Shown piece after piece: positions 21,225 through 30,893 of a stretch of 64,000 nt of DNA; the stretch's first letter is position 1, and every line of letters starts with the position of its first letter. The notes below the pieces were generated by a model, which worked only from the letters and a program-made list of their open reading frames with translations, was not told where the DNA came from and made no database searches. The stretch is from contig CP066688.1 of NCBI GenBank assembly GCA_016432425.1, positions 276,368-340,367 on the forward strand. Reading direction: 5' to 3'. The stretch is from Candidatus Daviesbacteria bacterium. GTDB taxonomy: Bacteria > Patescibacteriota > Microgenomatia > Daviesbacterales > UBA10151. Both the position numbers and the translations under genes were made by a program.

Positions 21225-21932
21225 ATATCACACCCCCGAGGTGTGATATTATAAAAGTATGCCGTATAGATTAATCCCTTTCACTAACCAAAACTTCTAT
21301 CATATTTATAATCGTGGGGTTGAGAAAAGAAAAATTTTCTCTTCTGAAAGAAACTACCAACGTTTCCTTCAAGCTCTTTACTATTATCAATTCAGCGGTC
21401 CCAAACCACGCTTCTCTACTTACAACAGATTTCATCTAAAAGAATTTAATAAAAATCCGAAAATTGTCGATATTATCTGTTACTGCCTTATGCCTAACCA
21501 CTTTCACTTATTAGTTAGGCAACTAAGTAAAAATGGAATACAAGAATTTATGAGTAAAATCCTAAACAGCTATACCAAATACTATAATACAAAAAATAAA
21601 AGGGTTGGTCCTTTGTTTCAAGGCACATTTAAGGCTGTAAGTATAGATTCAGATGAACAGCTTTTACACTTGTCACGTTACATCCACTTAAACCCGTATG
21701 TTTCTGATCTAGTAAAAGATTTATCAAATTATTATTATTCCTCTTATCATGAATTCCTAGATTCTACAAAACAACTAGTCTGTATTACACAACCTATTTT
21801 AGATTTTTTCCCCAGAAAAGATGGTTACAAAAAATTTATTAATAACCAACAAGATTACGGTAAAACTCTACATCAAATTAAAGATGCATTAATTGACGAG
21901 GATTAATATCACACCCCCGAGGTGTGATATTA
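21225..21932 (+). mobile_element. Y1/HUH transposase element bounded by identical 27-bp hairpin direct repeats
   Basis: atatcacacccccgaggtgtgatatta at 21225-21251 and 21906-21932, directly flanking the transposase ORF. Confidence 0.85.
21259..21906 (+). CDS. REP-associated / IS200-like tyrosine (Y1, HUH) transposase
   Basis: YHIYNRG, YCLMPNHFHLL (HUH), LFQGTFK and catalytic-Tyr region YIHLNP. Confidence 0.93.
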   Translation: MPYRLIPFTNQNFYHIYNRGVEKRKIFSSERNYQRFLQALYYYQFSGPKPRFSTYNRFHLKEFNKNPKIVDIICYCLMPNHFHLLVRQLSKNGIQEFMSKILNSYTKYYNTKNKRVGPLFQGTFKAVSIDSDEQLLHLSRYIHLNPYVSDLVKDLSNYYYSSYHEFLDSTKQLVCITQPILDFFPRKDGYKKFINNQQDYGKTLHQIKDALIDED

Positions 21933-21971
21933 GAATAATCTTGCTGGCATAAAATATCTTTATAATGGAAA

Positions 21972-22247
21972 CTAGCTACGCTTGAAAAATCTTTTTTGAA
22001 GAACCGGAGGTTTTTTTATTTGCCCCGATTTAATCTGAACTTGATTTACTCGTAGAGAAGCTTTGCTTACTCGCAGAGAAGCTTTGCTTACTTTTTCCAC
22101 CACCTCCTCATTACCTATTACCACATTGAACCTGTCTAAAGCTTTCTTTAAATCTTTTAAAATAAAAAACACTTGTACTCCGGTGATAGAGAGGAAAATT
22201 CCTAAGACAATGATTAATAAAATTAAGGCAATTGATAAAAAATCCAT
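21972..22247 (-). CDS. Small membrane protein, hypothetical
   Basis: N-terminal TM helix; contains a 21-bp tandem duplication (SKASLRV twice). Confidence 0.7.
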   Translation of the reverse strand: MDFLSIALILLIIVLGIFLSITGVQVFFILKDLKKALDRFNVVIGNEEVVEKVSKASLRVSKASLRVNQVQIKSGQIKKPPVLQKRFFKRS

Positions 22248-22262
22248 TAGATTATATTAACA

Positions 22263-22901
22263 TCATTGCTGCAAAAAAACAGTCCGTTTAATTAGTGTTG
22301 ATTTCCCGGACTTACTAGTGGCTGTAACAGTAATGGTATTGCTGCTGCCTTCCAATTGGATTTCTTGCGAGAAACCACCATTGGGAGAAACATTAATTTG
22401 TTGATCATTAATGGTAACTTGATCTTCTGGATCAGTTTTCCCGACCACCCTCACTGTGGGGCTGCTGACAGTAATTTTATCTTGGGGGGAATCTACTTCC
22501 AAAAATGGAGCGGAGGTCAAGAAACGGTATTCAAACCAAAGATAGGTAAAAAATACTAAAATTAAAAATATGACTACTCCAGAAATTACTTTGGTGGGAG
22601 TCAAGGAAAATTTTTTCTTGTCCACCGGATTAGAAAAAGATTCCAGGACTCGGGGAGGATTTTTAACATCAGAAAACTCCCGCCGGAAAATAGCCAACAA
22701 CTTTTCGCTATCCAGTTTTAAAAACCGGGCGTAATTTTTAATAAAACCTTGAATAAAAGTCGGTGGTGGCAGTTTTTCAAAATCATCATTTTCTAAAGCT
22801 TCCAGTAGTTCTTTGCGGATTTTAGTGGCTTTTTCGATCTCTTCCAGAGAGTAAAATTTTTTTTCCCGTTCTTCTTTAAGGATTTGTCCCACAGTTCTCA
22901 T
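22263..22901 (-). CDS. RodZ-like HTH membrane protein with C-terminal Ig-like domain
   Basis: TVGQILKEER...TKIRKELLEALE...FIQGFIKNYARFL, then a TM helix; near ftsK. Confidence 0.85.
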   Translation of the reverse strand: MRTVGQILKEEREKKFYSLEEIEKATKIRKELLEALENDDFEKLPPPTFIQGFIKNYARFLKLDSEKLLAIFRREFSDVKNPPRVLESFSNPVDKKKFSLTPTKVISGVVIFLILVFFTYLWFEYRFLTSAPFLEVDSPQDKITVSSPTVRVVGKTDPEDQVTINDQQINVSPNGGFSQEIQLEGSSNTITVTATSKSGKSTLIKRTVFLQQ

Positions 22902-22945
22902 AGCTGTGAAATTATACAATATCCAGTTGATTTTATTTAACTTAA

Positions 22946-23407
22946 ATGCTTCAATACAATCAAATTATGCTTACAGAGAAAGAAGCCGCCTACTATATTG
23001 ATAGAGTATTTTCTGCAGCATATCAAAAACTGCGAAAAGGTAAAAAACCAGGTGAATTTAGCTGGGATAAAATTATTATAGATCAGACAGAATTTAACTT
23101 AAACGGATTAGCGCTTAGAGCTGGAGAAGACCCTTTAAATGGACGCAATTCTTTAACTGTAGATGACTACTGCAGAAACAGTCTTCCTTGGTCTATTATA
23201 TTTGTAAAACATATTAAATTTGAAGGCGATCAACCAATAAAAAGACACTATTATTACGATATTATCTTTGATACAACTTCAGTAGTACACTATGGAAATA
23301 AAGAACCATGGAATATAGCCTTGAAGTTAGGTTTCAAAAATGAACTTGATCATTTACTAAAACTAATTTCTCCCAATAATGAGCGCAGAGAACTGTCTAC
23401 TAATTAA
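22946..23407 (+). CDS. Hypothetical protein inserted on the opposite strand between ftsK and the rodZ-like gene
   Basis: 153-aa AT-rich ORF filling the gap; true start may be ATG 22967. Confidence 0.55.
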   Translation: MLQYNQIMLTEKEAAYYIDRVFSAAYQKLRKGKKPGEFSWDKIIIDQTEFNLNGLALRAGEDPLNGRNSLTVDDYCRNSLPWSIIFVKHIKFEGDQPIKRHYYYDIIFDTTSVVHYGNKEPWNIALKLGFKNELDHLLKLISPNNERRELSTN

Positions 23408-25515
23408 TTTTGGGTTGCTCCACCGGTTCTTTGATTTAAATATTCTTCTGCATTTCTGACCAGCACATCCCGCGGTTTGGCTCCCTCCCCCACTCCCACA
23501 ATTCCCGCTTCTTCCAGCTCATCTAAAATCCGGGCCGCTCTGGCATAACCAATGCGCAGTCTCCGCTGCAACAGTGAAGCGCTGGCCCGATCGTATTGGC
23601 AAACCGTTCGAACTGCCTCTTCAAATAAATCATCTTCTTCACCACCACCGCCATTTCTACTCCCAATTCTACCGAGCGGCATTTCAGTAACTTCGGTCGT
23701 ATATTGTGGGGCAATCCCTAAATCTTTTAAGTATTTAATTAAATTATTCAGCTCAGCATCTTGAACAAATACTCCCTGAATTCGCATTGGTTTACTGGCA
23801 TCTGGTGGTAGAAAAAGCATGTCACCCCGACCCAGTAGTTTTTCAGCTCCCGGAGTATCTAAAATTACCCGGGAATCAATCATGGAAGAAACATTAAAAG
23901 CAATCCGGCAGGGAATATTGGCTTTAATTAAACCGGTGATTACATCTACACTGGGCCGCTGGGTAGCCACCACCAAATGAATGCCGGTGGCCCGGGCTAA
24001 CTGGGCAATTCTGGTAATGGCATCCTCTACTTCCACTGGGGCGAACATCATCAAATCCGCTAACTCATCCACCAAAATCACAATATAGGGCAAGGCCTGG
24101 AAACCAGACATCTCATTATAACCGGCAATGTTTCGAACTCCCACTGACTGAAATAGTTTGTAACGGCGATCCATTTCTGCCATTGCCCATTTTAGGGCCG
24201 AAAGGATTTTTTCCGGCTCGGTAATTACTGGAGTCAAGAGGTGTGGAATTCCGTTAAAGTTAGTTAACTCTACACGTTTGGGATCAATCAAAATTAATTT
24301 GAGCTCATCCGGAGAATTTCGAAAAAGTAGAGATGCGATAAAAGAGTTGACCAAAACTGATTTACCGGAACCGGTGGTCCCGGCCACCAATACATGAGGC
24401 ATTCGGTCAATATCTACCACCAATGGTTTAGAAGAGGTGTCACGACCCAAAGCTACTGCCAATTTAGATTTGTGTTTGGACATCTCATCTGAAGATAAAA
24501 CTTGTTTCAGCCCCACCACCTCCAGGGAGCGATTAGGAACTTCAATTCCCACCAAAGATTTTCCCGGAATAGGGGCTTCAATTCTGACTGTACCGGTGGG
24601 AGTAGCTAAAGCCAAAGCCAAGTCGTGTTGCAGATTAGCGATTTTAGAAATTTTAGTGCCGGCTGAAATTTCCAGAGCATATTGGGTTACGGCCGGTCCA
24701 CCGTTTACTTCGGCTACTTTGGCGGCAACACCAAACGATTCCAAAGTTTTTTCGATAATGGCGGCGGATTTTTTAACATCTCCCCGCTCAGCAGCAGAAC
24801 CTACCTTATCTGAAAGTAGCGACAAAGGCGGATATTTCCAAACCCGAGTTTGCCCAGCCACATTTTGCACTAACTGGTCAGCCATTAAAGCTTCGGGTAC
24901 TGCAGTTGTTTTAGTAGCCGGTTTATTAGCCCGGCCTTCTTCCATTCCCGAAATCCTAATCGGCATATTTTTAACTTCAAAGCTTTTTTGGCGGCTAAAA
25001 ATTGGCTTAAAAATTTTGTTAGAAATCAACTCATAAATTTTGGCAAACAAAGCAAATATTTGTCCCAGGGAAGTATTAAATAGTACCACCAAACCCACCA
25101 AAAATACTCCCGACAGCACCAGCACTGCCCCGGGGTTGGTCACAAACTGAGACAGTTGCAGCCATAAATTAAGACCAATATCACCAGCTAAGGCGCTACT
25201 GACTGCCCCGGTTAATCCCGCCAGTGACAATACTATTAAAATTAATCCCAACAGGACATTAGTCTGAGCGAAACTCCATTTCACTTTTTGTAGCACTAGC
25301 CCGGATAAAATTAAAATAAGGGGAGCAAAATAATAGGTCCAGCCCAAAAGTTGGTAAAGAAACTCTCGCCAAAACTCTAAATAAGCAGCATCAGTGACAA
25401 TGGAGACTGCTGAAAGCCCTGCCAAAACAAAAGCCACCAAAGAGGCCACTGCATTAATGGTTTTGGTCTTTAATTTTAATCTGGGCATGCTGTAAATTGA
25501 TCTTCTGCGGGGCAT
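23404..25515 (-). CDS. ftsK: DNA translocase FtsK/SpoIIIE
   Basis: N-terminal TM helices, GTTGSGKS Walker A, ATQRPSVDV, gamma domain LQRRLRIGYARAAR. Confidence 0.97.
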   Translation of the reverse strand: MPRRRSIYSMPRLKLKTKTINAVASLVAFVLAGLSAVSIVTDAAYLEFWREFLYQLLGWTYYFAPLILILSGLVLQKVKWSFAQTNVLLGLILIVLSLAGLTGAVSSALAGDIGLNLWLQLSQFVTNPGAVLVLSGVFLVGLVVLFNTSLGQIFALFAKIYELISNKIFKPIFSRQKSFEVKNMPIRISGMEEGRANKPATKTTAVPEALMADQLVQNVAGQTRVWKYPPLSLLSDKVGSAAERGDVKKSAAIIEKTLESFGVAAKVAEVNGGPAVTQYALEISAGTKISKIANLQHDLALALATPTGTVRIEAPIPGKSLVGIEVPNRSLEVVGLKQVLSSDEMSKHKSKLAVALGRDTSSKPLVVDIDRMPHVLVAGTTGSGKSVLVNSFIASLLFRNSPDELKLILIDPKRVELTNFNGIPHLLTPVITEPEKILSALKWAMAEMDRRYKLFQSVGVRNIAGYNEMSGFQALPYIVILVDELADLMMFAPVEVEDAITRIAQLARATGIHLVVATQRPSVDVITGLIKANIPCRIAFNVSSMIDSRVILDTPGAEKLLGRGDMLFLPPDASKPMRIQGVFVQDAELNNLIKYLKDLGIAPQYTTEVTEMPLGRIGSRNGGGGEEDDLFEEAVRTVCQYDRASASLLQRRLRIGYARAARILDELEEAGIVGVGEGAKPRDVLVRNAEEYLNQRTGGATQN

Positions 25516-25591
25516 TTTACTCTCTAATTATACCATACACTATAAGATATTTTACTGGGTAAAATTCTTTAGTACTTCGTACTTGTGGTTA

Positions 25592-27283
25592 TTATACTTC
25601 CACTATTACTGGTAGAATTAAGGGCCTCCTTTCCGTAATTTTATAAAAATATTCTCCTAAATTATTTTCGATATTGTGCCGGATAAAACGCCAATCAGCT
25701 ATTACCTTGCTATCCTTGGCCAAAGCTGCACTCACAATTTTCTTGGCTTCTTCCAGTAACTCTGCCGAGGTTTTTTCAAAAACAAATCCCCGGGAAAGAA
25801 TATCAATTTCCCCTTCTAAATGACCACTGTTTTGATCCACCGGTACCACCACAATTACTACGCCGTCTTCGCTCATCACTTGGCGATCGCGCAAGACCAC
25901 ACTACCTATATCACCAATCCCCAATCCGTCTACAAAAACATTCTTGGCCTCTACTTTTCCATCTTGGCTCACCCTATCTTTACTTACTACCAACACATCC
26001 CCATCTTCCGGTATTAAAATTTTATCCTTAGCATACCCCATCTCTTGAAACATACTGGCAAAAACTTTCATATGCCGAAAAGTACCGCCAATAGGCAGTA
26101 AATACTCCGGTTTAATTAAATTAACCATTAATTTAAGCTCATCAGAGGCGCCGTGCCCCGAAACATGCAAATCAGAGGTAATGGCAGAATAATAAACGTC
26201 AATATTCTGGCGGGTCAGGGAGTCAATCAGGGCATTTTGGGCTGATTCAGTGGAAGGAATGGGATCAGCGCTAAATAACACCGCATCCCCTGGCATTAGC
26301 TTAACTTGTTTATGTTCACCATTGGCCGCTCGGGAGAGTGAGGATCCTGGTTGACCCTGCGCTCCCGCAATTAAAACCAGCACTTTGCTCGCTGCATAAG
26401 ATTTAATAGCTTCAGATGCAATCACCACTCCCGGGGGAATATGCAGATAGCCTAAATCACGCGCTACTTGAAAGTTATTTTCAAAACTGCGCCCAGCCAA
26501 AGCTACTTTACGACCACTGCGATAAGCGACATTAATGGCCTGCTGCATTCGGGAAACATTGGTAGAAACTGTAGTAACCAAAAGTTTGCCTTTAGTTTCC
26601 AGGGCGGCTTTTTCAAAAGTGGCCTCAATTGATTTTTCTGATTTATTAAAACCGGGTTTTTCCACTCGCAAACAATCAATTAGCAGTAATTTAACTCCCT
26701 CTGCCCCCAGTCTGGCTGCAGTGGAAACATCCGTCACCTGGCCGGAAACCGGGGTCCAGTCAATCTTAAAATCAGCCTGGTGGATGATTGTTCCTATTGG
26801 TGTTTTAATAACTATGCCAGTGGAGTCCGGCACTGAATGAGATACTTGATAAAAAGAAATTGTAAAGGCTCCTAGTTTCAAAACATCATCTAATTTAGTT
26901 TCAAAAATTTTGTCTTTGGGTAAGTTATGCTCAGTAAATTTGGCGCGAATAAAACCAGCTGTCAGCCTTTGTGTATAAATTGGCACTTGCAACTCTGGCC
27001 AGATAAAGGGTAACCCTCCGATATGGTCATCATGACCGTGGGTAATAATAATCGCCCTAATTTTTTCTTTTTTAGTGCGCAGATAAGTAATATCCGGTAT
27101 TACCAAATCTACTCCCGGCATAGCTTCATCAGGGAAGCCCACCCCGCAATCAACGATAATAATATCGTTATCCAACTCATAAACATACATATTTTTAGTT
27201 ACATCACCCACTCCTCCCAAAGGGATCAGTTTCAAAGCTTGACTTTTCTGATTTAAGCTAAATTTTGGCGCAAAAGATTTCAT
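25592..27283 (-). CDS. rnj: Ribonuclease J
   Basis: LIPLGG, THGHDDHIG metallo-beta-lactamase motif, HVSGH. Confidence 0.96.
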   Translation of the reverse strand: MKSFAPKFSLNQKSQALKLIPLGGVGDVTKNMYVYELDNDIIIVDCGVGFPDEAMPGVDLVIPDITYLRTKKEKIRAIIITHGHDDHIGGLPFIWPELQVPIYTQRLTAGFIRAKFTEHNLPKDKIFETKLDDVLKLGAFTISFYQVSHSVPDSTGIVIKTPIGTIIHQADFKIDWTPVSGQVTDVSTAARLGAEGVKLLLIDCLRVEKPGFNKSEKSIEATFEKAALETKGKLLVTTVSTNVSRMQQAINVAYRSGRKVALAGRSFENNFQVARDLGYLHIPPGVVIASEAIKSYAASKVLVLIAGAQGQPGSSLSRAANGEHKQVKLMPGDAVLFSADPIPSTESAQNALIDSLTRQNIDVYYSAITSDLHVSGHGASDELKLMVNLIKPEYLLPIGGTFRHMKVFASMFQEMGYAKDKILIPEDGDVLVVSKDRVSQDGKVEAKNVFVDGLGIGDIGSVVLRDRQVMSEDGVVIVVVPVDQNSGHLEGEIDILSRGFVFEKTSAELLEEAKKIVSAALAKDSKVIADWRFIRHNIENNLGEYFYKITERRPLILPVIVEV

Positions 27284-28299
27284 ACTCCTAAATATTCTCC
27301 CACATTTTGACTGGTAATTTTAAATGGACCCGACTTTCCTTCTACTATTTCTTTAGCGACTTTGCGAGCTATGGTCGCCAAGGTGCGGGAAAGTGACCTG
27401 ATGCCTCCATCATAACCCAAAGGACGAATAATTTGGGGCCAGACCGTATCATCAATAGCTAGTTGTTGACCCACCCCTGATTCTTTAGTAATTTGCGGCA
27501 GCAAATAATTTTTGCCAATCATAATTTTTTCCTGATCAGAATAAATTGGCATCTGGATTGGCTCCAAACGGTCCAACACTGCCGTAGCTAAATTAGTGGT
27601 GTTATTAGCAGTAGCCACAAATAATACTTGGGACAAATCCACTGGAAAATCCAGGTAGTGATCAATAAAATGATTATTTTGAGCTGGATCTAGGAGTTCC
27701 ACCAATATTCCCATAATATCAAAACGGCTATTTTCGGCTACCCGATCAATCTCATCCAGTAAAATGACCGGATTTGCCACCCCCGCTTCTTTTATCCCTT
27801 TGACAATCAAACCTGGTTCTGCCTCTGCTATGAGTCGGGACTGACCCCGAATCATGGCCACCTCTCCCAAACCTCCAAAAGGAAGGCGGATAATTTTCCG
27901 GCCCAAACTTTCGGCAATCGAATAAGCCAACGACGTCTTACCGGTTCCCACCAACCCCACAAACAATAAAATCGGCGCATGAATTTGATTGGGGCTAACT
28001 TGTTTTTTCTGTAAAATTAACACTGATAAATATTCCAAAATTCTCTCTTTGACTCCCTGCAGGCCATAATGATTTTTATCTAAAATTTGCTTGGCCCGGT
28101 TTAAATCTAAAATATCCTGGCTAAACTTACCAAAAGGCAAGCTCAAACTAAAATTTATATAAGAAATTAATTTTTCTAACTCTATTCCCGTGCCAGGAGT
28201 CTGTAAGAGACCAGTTAATTTTTCTTTAATTTCCGCAGTAATGCTGGAGGATAAAATTTTTTGTTTTAAACTTATCTTACTATCTTGGGCAGAATCCAT
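27280..28299 (-). CDS. Lon-like AAA+ ATPase lacking the N-terminal and protease domains
   Basis: LDKNHYGLQGVKERILEYL, GLVGTGKT, NPVILLDEID and LLDPAQN; ends at 339 aa before any protease domain. Confidence 0.85.
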   Translation of the reverse strand: MDSAQDSKISLKQKILSSSITAEIKEKLTGLLQTPGTGIELEKLISYINFSLSLPFGKFSQDILDLNRAKQILDKNHYGLQGVKERILEYLSVLILQKKQVSPNQIHAPILLFVGLVGTGKTSLAYSIAESLGRKIIRLPFGGLGEVAMIRGQSRLIAEAEPGLIVKGIKEAGVANPVILLDEIDRVAENSRFDIMGILVELLDPAQNNHFIDHYLDFPVDLSQVLFVATANNTTNLATAVLDRLEPIQMPIYSDQEKIMIGKNYLLPQITKESGVGQQLAIDDTVWPQIIRPLGYDGGIRSLSRTLATIARKVAKEIVEGKSGPFKITSQNVGEYLGV

Positions 28300-28314
28300 A
28301 AACTAATTCTACCA

Positions 28315-30648
28315 TTATCTATTGAATCCGCCGCGATTTCCACCTCGGGATCCCCCAAACCCGCCTCGGCTAAAACTTCTAGCTCTGCCTGGTCCACCGG
28401 GTCTTGGGCCTCTGGAAAAACCGCCTGATCGACCTCGATCTGAAAAAGATGGTCTGCCGCTTTCTCGGGGAGGTCCAGATCGACGATCAAATCTTCGAAC
28501 GCCGCCGCTTGGCCGACCCGCTTGGCCGGAGCGAAAGCGAGGCGAGCCTTCACTCTCTGGTTTTATGTCTGCCCCAAAAAGCATAGATAAACCAATTTTA
28601 CCTTCCGGAGAAACATCAGTCACTCTCACTTTTACCTCCTGTCCCTCAGATACTATATCTTCCGGTTTTTCTACTCTACCTGGAGCCATTTGGGAAACAT
28701 GGACTAACCCATCCTTACCCGGCACAATCTCTACAAAAGCGCCAAAAGGAGCTAACCTAACCACTTTCCCGGTATAGATTTCTCCCACGGCTACTTTTTT
28801 AAACATGGCCTCTATTACTGAAACCGCCTTGTCAATCGCTTCCTGAGAGGTGGAAGATACCATCACAGTACCATCATCTTCTACATCAACTTGAGCACCG
28901 GTCCGCGAGATAATACCGTTAATATTTTTTCCACCCGGGCCAATCAAGGCGCCGATCTCTGATTGTTCAATGTGCAAAATCGCAATCTTAGGAGCATGAA
29001 TTGACAGTTTTCCCACCCCTGAAATCACTTCATTCATTTTCCCCAAGATAAACTCTCGGGCCTTTTTACCTTGGCTGAGCGCTTCTTGAATAATTTCAAA
29101 AGTTAATCCTTCTAATTTAGTGTCCATTTGTATTGCCGTAATACCGTTTTTGGTACCGGAAACTTTGAAATCCATCTCACCATAAAAGTCCTCCACTGCC
29201 CGCATATCTGTAATGACCTGAAATTTTTGCTCGTTAGAAAGCAGCCCCAAGGCCACCCCTGCCACCGGCTCTTTTAAAGGCACTCCCGCATCAAGCAAAG
29301 CCAGTGTGGAAGCACAAAGTGAAGCCATAGAGGTGGAGGCATTGGCTGCCAAAACTTCTGATACTACTCTAATGGCATAAGGAAAATTTTCTTTATCAGG
29401 AATAACATAACTTAAGGCTTTCTCTACCATGGCTCCATGTCCGGTATCGCGCCGATTGGGAGAACCAATTCTTTTAACTTCTCCTGTGGAGAAAGGATTG
29501 ATACTCATATTGTAATGGTGCATAAATCTTTTTTTCTCTTCTCCTGCCATCCCTTCAATGGTTTGCTGTAGGGAAGCTGCTCCTAAAGTAACTACCGACA
29601 AAACTTGAGTATCACCCCGCTGAAACATAGCTGAACCATGGGTGCGGGGCAGGAGTTCCACTTCCGCGGTAATCGGACGGACTTCATCCATCGCCCGATC
29701 ATCCACTCTAACTCCTTTATTTAAGATGGTCTCATTCATAATCTCTTTGGCGGCTTTATCAAACACCCGGGAGACCATTTGGGGAGTTAAAACTTCAGAG
29801 TATTTAGCGGCCAGATCTTCTTTAATCATGTCTCCGGTGGCTTCGTGCCAAGCATGTTCTTTGTCAAAAAGAGCCGTTTCAATTTTCTCGTGCGCTAATT
29901 TTTTAACCTCTGCCAAAAGCGCTTCTTCTACCTCTTCAGCCACAGTGGAATAAGTTTGTTTTTCCTTACCAGCTTCTTTGGCAAACTCTTCAATAAAGTC
30001 AATTACTGACTGGGAGTGCTGGTGAGCTTCCTGGATAGCCTTGAACATTACTTCTTCCGTTACCTGGTTTCCCCCCGCCTCGATCATGACGACTTTTTCG
30101 CGGGTGGAAGCTACCAAAAGATCTAAATCCAAATGCTCCATCTCGTTCTGCTGTGGATTGACCACGAAAGTACCATCTTTCTCACCAATTCTGGCTCCTC
30201 CCAAAGGCCCATGCCAAGGCACACTGGAAATAGAAAGAGCAGCTGAGGTACCAATCAATCCCACTATATCGGGATCGTTTAACTGATCAATGGATAAAAT
30301 AGTAATGATTACTTGGACTTCCGTTTGAAAATCTTTGGGAAAGAGAGGCCTAATGGAGCGGTCAATTAACCGACCAGTTAAAATTGCTTCCTCAGAAGGT
30401 CTTGTTTCCCTTTTAATAAATTTAGAGGAAGAAATCCGGCCACCGGCATAATATTTTTCCACATATTCTACCGATAGCGGAAAATGGCCAGTAGCTTCTA
30501 CTGTAGGTTTAGTGGCCACTGTTACTAAAGCCACTGTTTCTCCCAAAGTGACTACCACTGATGAGTCAGCCTGCAGGGCAAATTTACCAGTCTCTAATTT
30601 CAGTTTTCGACCATTAAGATCGATTTCTTTTGTTATAACTTTATTCAT
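28315..30648 (-). CDS. pnp: Polyribonucleotide nucleotidyltransferase
   Basis: Two RNase PH domains (RLIDRSIRPLFP, PRTHGSAMFQRG), KH and S1 domains, RG-rich tail. Confidence 0.98.
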   Translation of the reverse strand: MNKVITKEIDLNGRKLKLETGKFALQADSSVVVTLGETVALVTVATKPTVEATGHFPLSVEYVEKYYAGGRISSSKFIKRETRPSEEAILTGRLIDRSIRPLFPKDFQTEVQVIITILSIDQLNDPDIVGLIGTSAALSISSVPWHGPLGGARIGEKDGTFVVNPQQNEMEHLDLDLLVASTREKVVMIEAGGNQVTEEVMFKAIQEAHQHSQSVIDFIEEFAKEAGKEKQTYSTVAEEVEEALLAEVKKLAHEKIETALFDKEHAWHEATGDMIKEDLAAKYSEVLTPQMVSRVFDKAAKEIMNETILNKGVRVDDRAMDEVRPITAEVELLPRTHGSAMFQRGDTQVLSVVTLGAASLQQTIEGMAGEEKKRFMHHYNMSINPFSTGEVKRIGSPNRRDTGHGAMVEKALSYVIPDKENFPYAIRVVSEVLAANASTSMASLCASTLALLDAGVPLKEPVAGVALGLLSNEQKFQVITDMRAVEDFYGEMDFKVSGTKNGITAIQMDTKLEGLTFEIIQEALSQGKKAREFILGKMNEVISGVGKLSIHAPKIAILHIEQSEIGALIGPGGKNINGIISRTGAQVDVEDDGTVMVSSTSQEAIDKAVSVIEAMFKKVAVGEIYTGKVVRLAPFGAFVEIVPGKDGLVHVSQMAPGRVEKPEDIVSEGQEVKVRVTDVSPEGKIGLSMLFGADIKPESEGSPRFRSGQAGRPSGGVRRFDRRSGPPRESGRPSFSDRGRSGGFSRGPRPGGPGRARSFSRGGFGGSRGGNRGGFNR

Positions 30649-30709
30649 AAAATAATATTCTTCTAGTGTAGCGAGAAGTTCTCACTACGTTTGAACAATA
30701 AATTCTTGC

Positions 30710-30776
30710 GGAGTTTGGAAACTGTATAAGAAGTAATTAGTCGAGCTAATTCTTTCTTTGCAATCCCCAAAACTCC
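30710..30776 (-). promoter_or_regulatory. Long stem-loop in the pnp leader
   Basis: Nested inverted repeats ggagtttgg...aagaagtaattag-tcgag-ctaattctttctt...ccaaaactcc. Confidence 0.5.
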
Positions 30777-30824
30777 TTAACTTACTTAATTTTTTATTTT
30801 CCACCCTTCATAACTTTTCTTATT

Positions 30825-30860
30825 CTAACGTGCCAAACCCAATTTTTCAATGACTAATTT
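30825..30860 (-). repeat. Recoded duplicate of the rpsO 3' end ([11 protein letters not shown])
   Basis: AAA TTA GTC ATT GAA AAA TTG GGT TTG GCA CGT TAG versus in-gene AAG CTT GTC ATA GAA AAG CTC GGA TTA TCA AGA TAA; hairpin gttagc-gaa-gctaac at 30863-30877. Confidence 0.93.
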
Positions 30861-30893
30861 ATGTTAGCGAAGCTAACTCAAGATTGTCACGGA

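Noticed and set aside
25535-25591. Possible recoded duplicate of the rnj end (ATT TTA CCC AGT resembling ILPV) after an agtac-gaa-gtact hairpin
   Set aside because: Only three codons match, a frameshift is required, there is no aligned stop, and the match is explained by a local palindrome attttac-cca-gtaaaat.
28272-28777. Alternative-frame ORFs over the pnp 3' end
   Set aside because: A by-product of the GC-rich RG-repeat tail lacking stops in other frames.
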